A stretch of DNA of 64,000 nt from Sphaerodactylus townsendi. Lineage: Eukaryota. Location: positions 31,744,001 through 31,808,000 of the forward strand of contig NC_059437.1 in the NCBI RefSeq assembly GCF_021028975.2. The letters are read 5' to 3'. Every line of letters begins with the position of its first letter. Within the stretch, counting starts at the first letter, position 1. The notes beneath the pieces are model-generated. The model was given only the letters and a program-made list of their open reading frames with translations, made no database searches and was not told the origin of the DNA. The translations under genes were made by a program, and so were the position numbers. Shown here piece after piece: positions 63,231 through 64,000 of this stretch.

Positions 63231-64000
63231 CTAGGATATAGTTGGGGGTGGGAGGAGAGACAGCATCATATAAATTCCATTTCTACCATCATTTACAATC
63301 TAAAGCATTATTCACTATAGAAGAGGCTATGTATACCAAGGCAACCCAAGTAACATGAAAGTGGAGGAAAAGGCGAGCATTAGCCAACAACACTCAGATT
63401 TGGAATGATATCTTCCATGGATCTAGACCATTCAAGTCCTGGGGTATAAAACAATTAAAGTTAATTAATAAGGAACTTGCCTTATTAGTAAGGAAAGATG
63501 TGCCCCTCATCCCAAATTAAATGCCCTGGCAAAAATCTTAACTGCCTAGTCACTCAGAAATTTAAAATAATTATTATTCACTAATACCAGCTCCTAAAAT
63601 AAACTAGCACATATGAATTTTTAATATTTCCCACCCAGCAACACCTGTAATGTGGCAATTGGTTCTAGTATTATTTTGCCATATTATTAATGGTATCGTA
63701 TCTCTCCTACATAGAGATGCCATCACATCCATCCAAAAGATAATCAAATTAACATGGCTTTTTTTTTGTTTTGTTTTGTTTCTTTGGGCCATCACGTGAC
63801 AGCTGACTTACGGCAACCAGGTAGAGTTTACGAATTTCCCATGTCACAAAGGCAGCAATACATTATCCCTCAAGGGAGCTCAAGAGAAAGATTTATGCCT
63901 CCCAAACTTTTAATTTTCCTTTGCTCAAGATCAACAAAGTTGCTTGGATTTACAGCTCACGCTGCCCATATGCAGCAACATTTATACCATTTTAGCCACA

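Larger units (their letters stand above)
49750..64000. repeat. Tandem segmental duplication (~10.1-kb offset) containing NCBP2-like genes: ~49750-55575 aligns to ~59849-64000
   Basis: Long near-identical blocks, e.g. cacttcttagatca at 49750/59850, shared 3' UTR and introns, and gcaacatttataccattttag at 55553/63975; the copies differ by TE insertions. Confidence 0.93.

Noticed and set aside
49750-64000. Duplication as a haplotype or assembly artefact
   Set aside because: The copies differ by many substitutions, different stop positions and independent TE insertions, too much for alleles.
1-64000. CRISPR arrays, tRNA/rRNA genes, prokaryotic systems
   Set aside because: Eukaryotic intron-containing DNA; tRNA-like boxes belong to SINE heads; no repeat-spacer array was seen.

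Overview
Vertebrate nuclear genomic DNA, most likely a gecko or other squamate (inferred from the repeat landscape: Squam3-like and Sauria SINEs, CR1, BovB/RTE, hAT MITEs, Penelope relics). Gene order: (1) SNX12 (+, 4 coding exons, intact, 162 aa). (2) An uncharacterised multi-exon gene (+, ~486 aa, Ser/Pro-rich, C-terminal coiled coil) behind a CCAAT/E2F-type promoter. (3) SLC7A3/CAT-3 (-, 11 coding exons; a ~90-bp scrambled patch in coding exon 1 breaks the frame) with a long 5' region. (4) A ~10-kb tandem duplication holding two intron-containing NCBP2-like (CBP20) genes (-), both retaining the U12 minor-spliceosome intron; the second copy lacks exon 1 at the window edge. Most interesting: the two CBP20 paralogs have diverged at different functional residues (cap contacts in copy A, putative effector-binding surface in copy B), the unnamed gene, and degenerate Penelope-type hammerhead ribozyme motifs upstream of the SLC7A3 coding exons. 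Exon boundaries were read by eye; homolog comparisons and repeat family names are from memory, not from a search.
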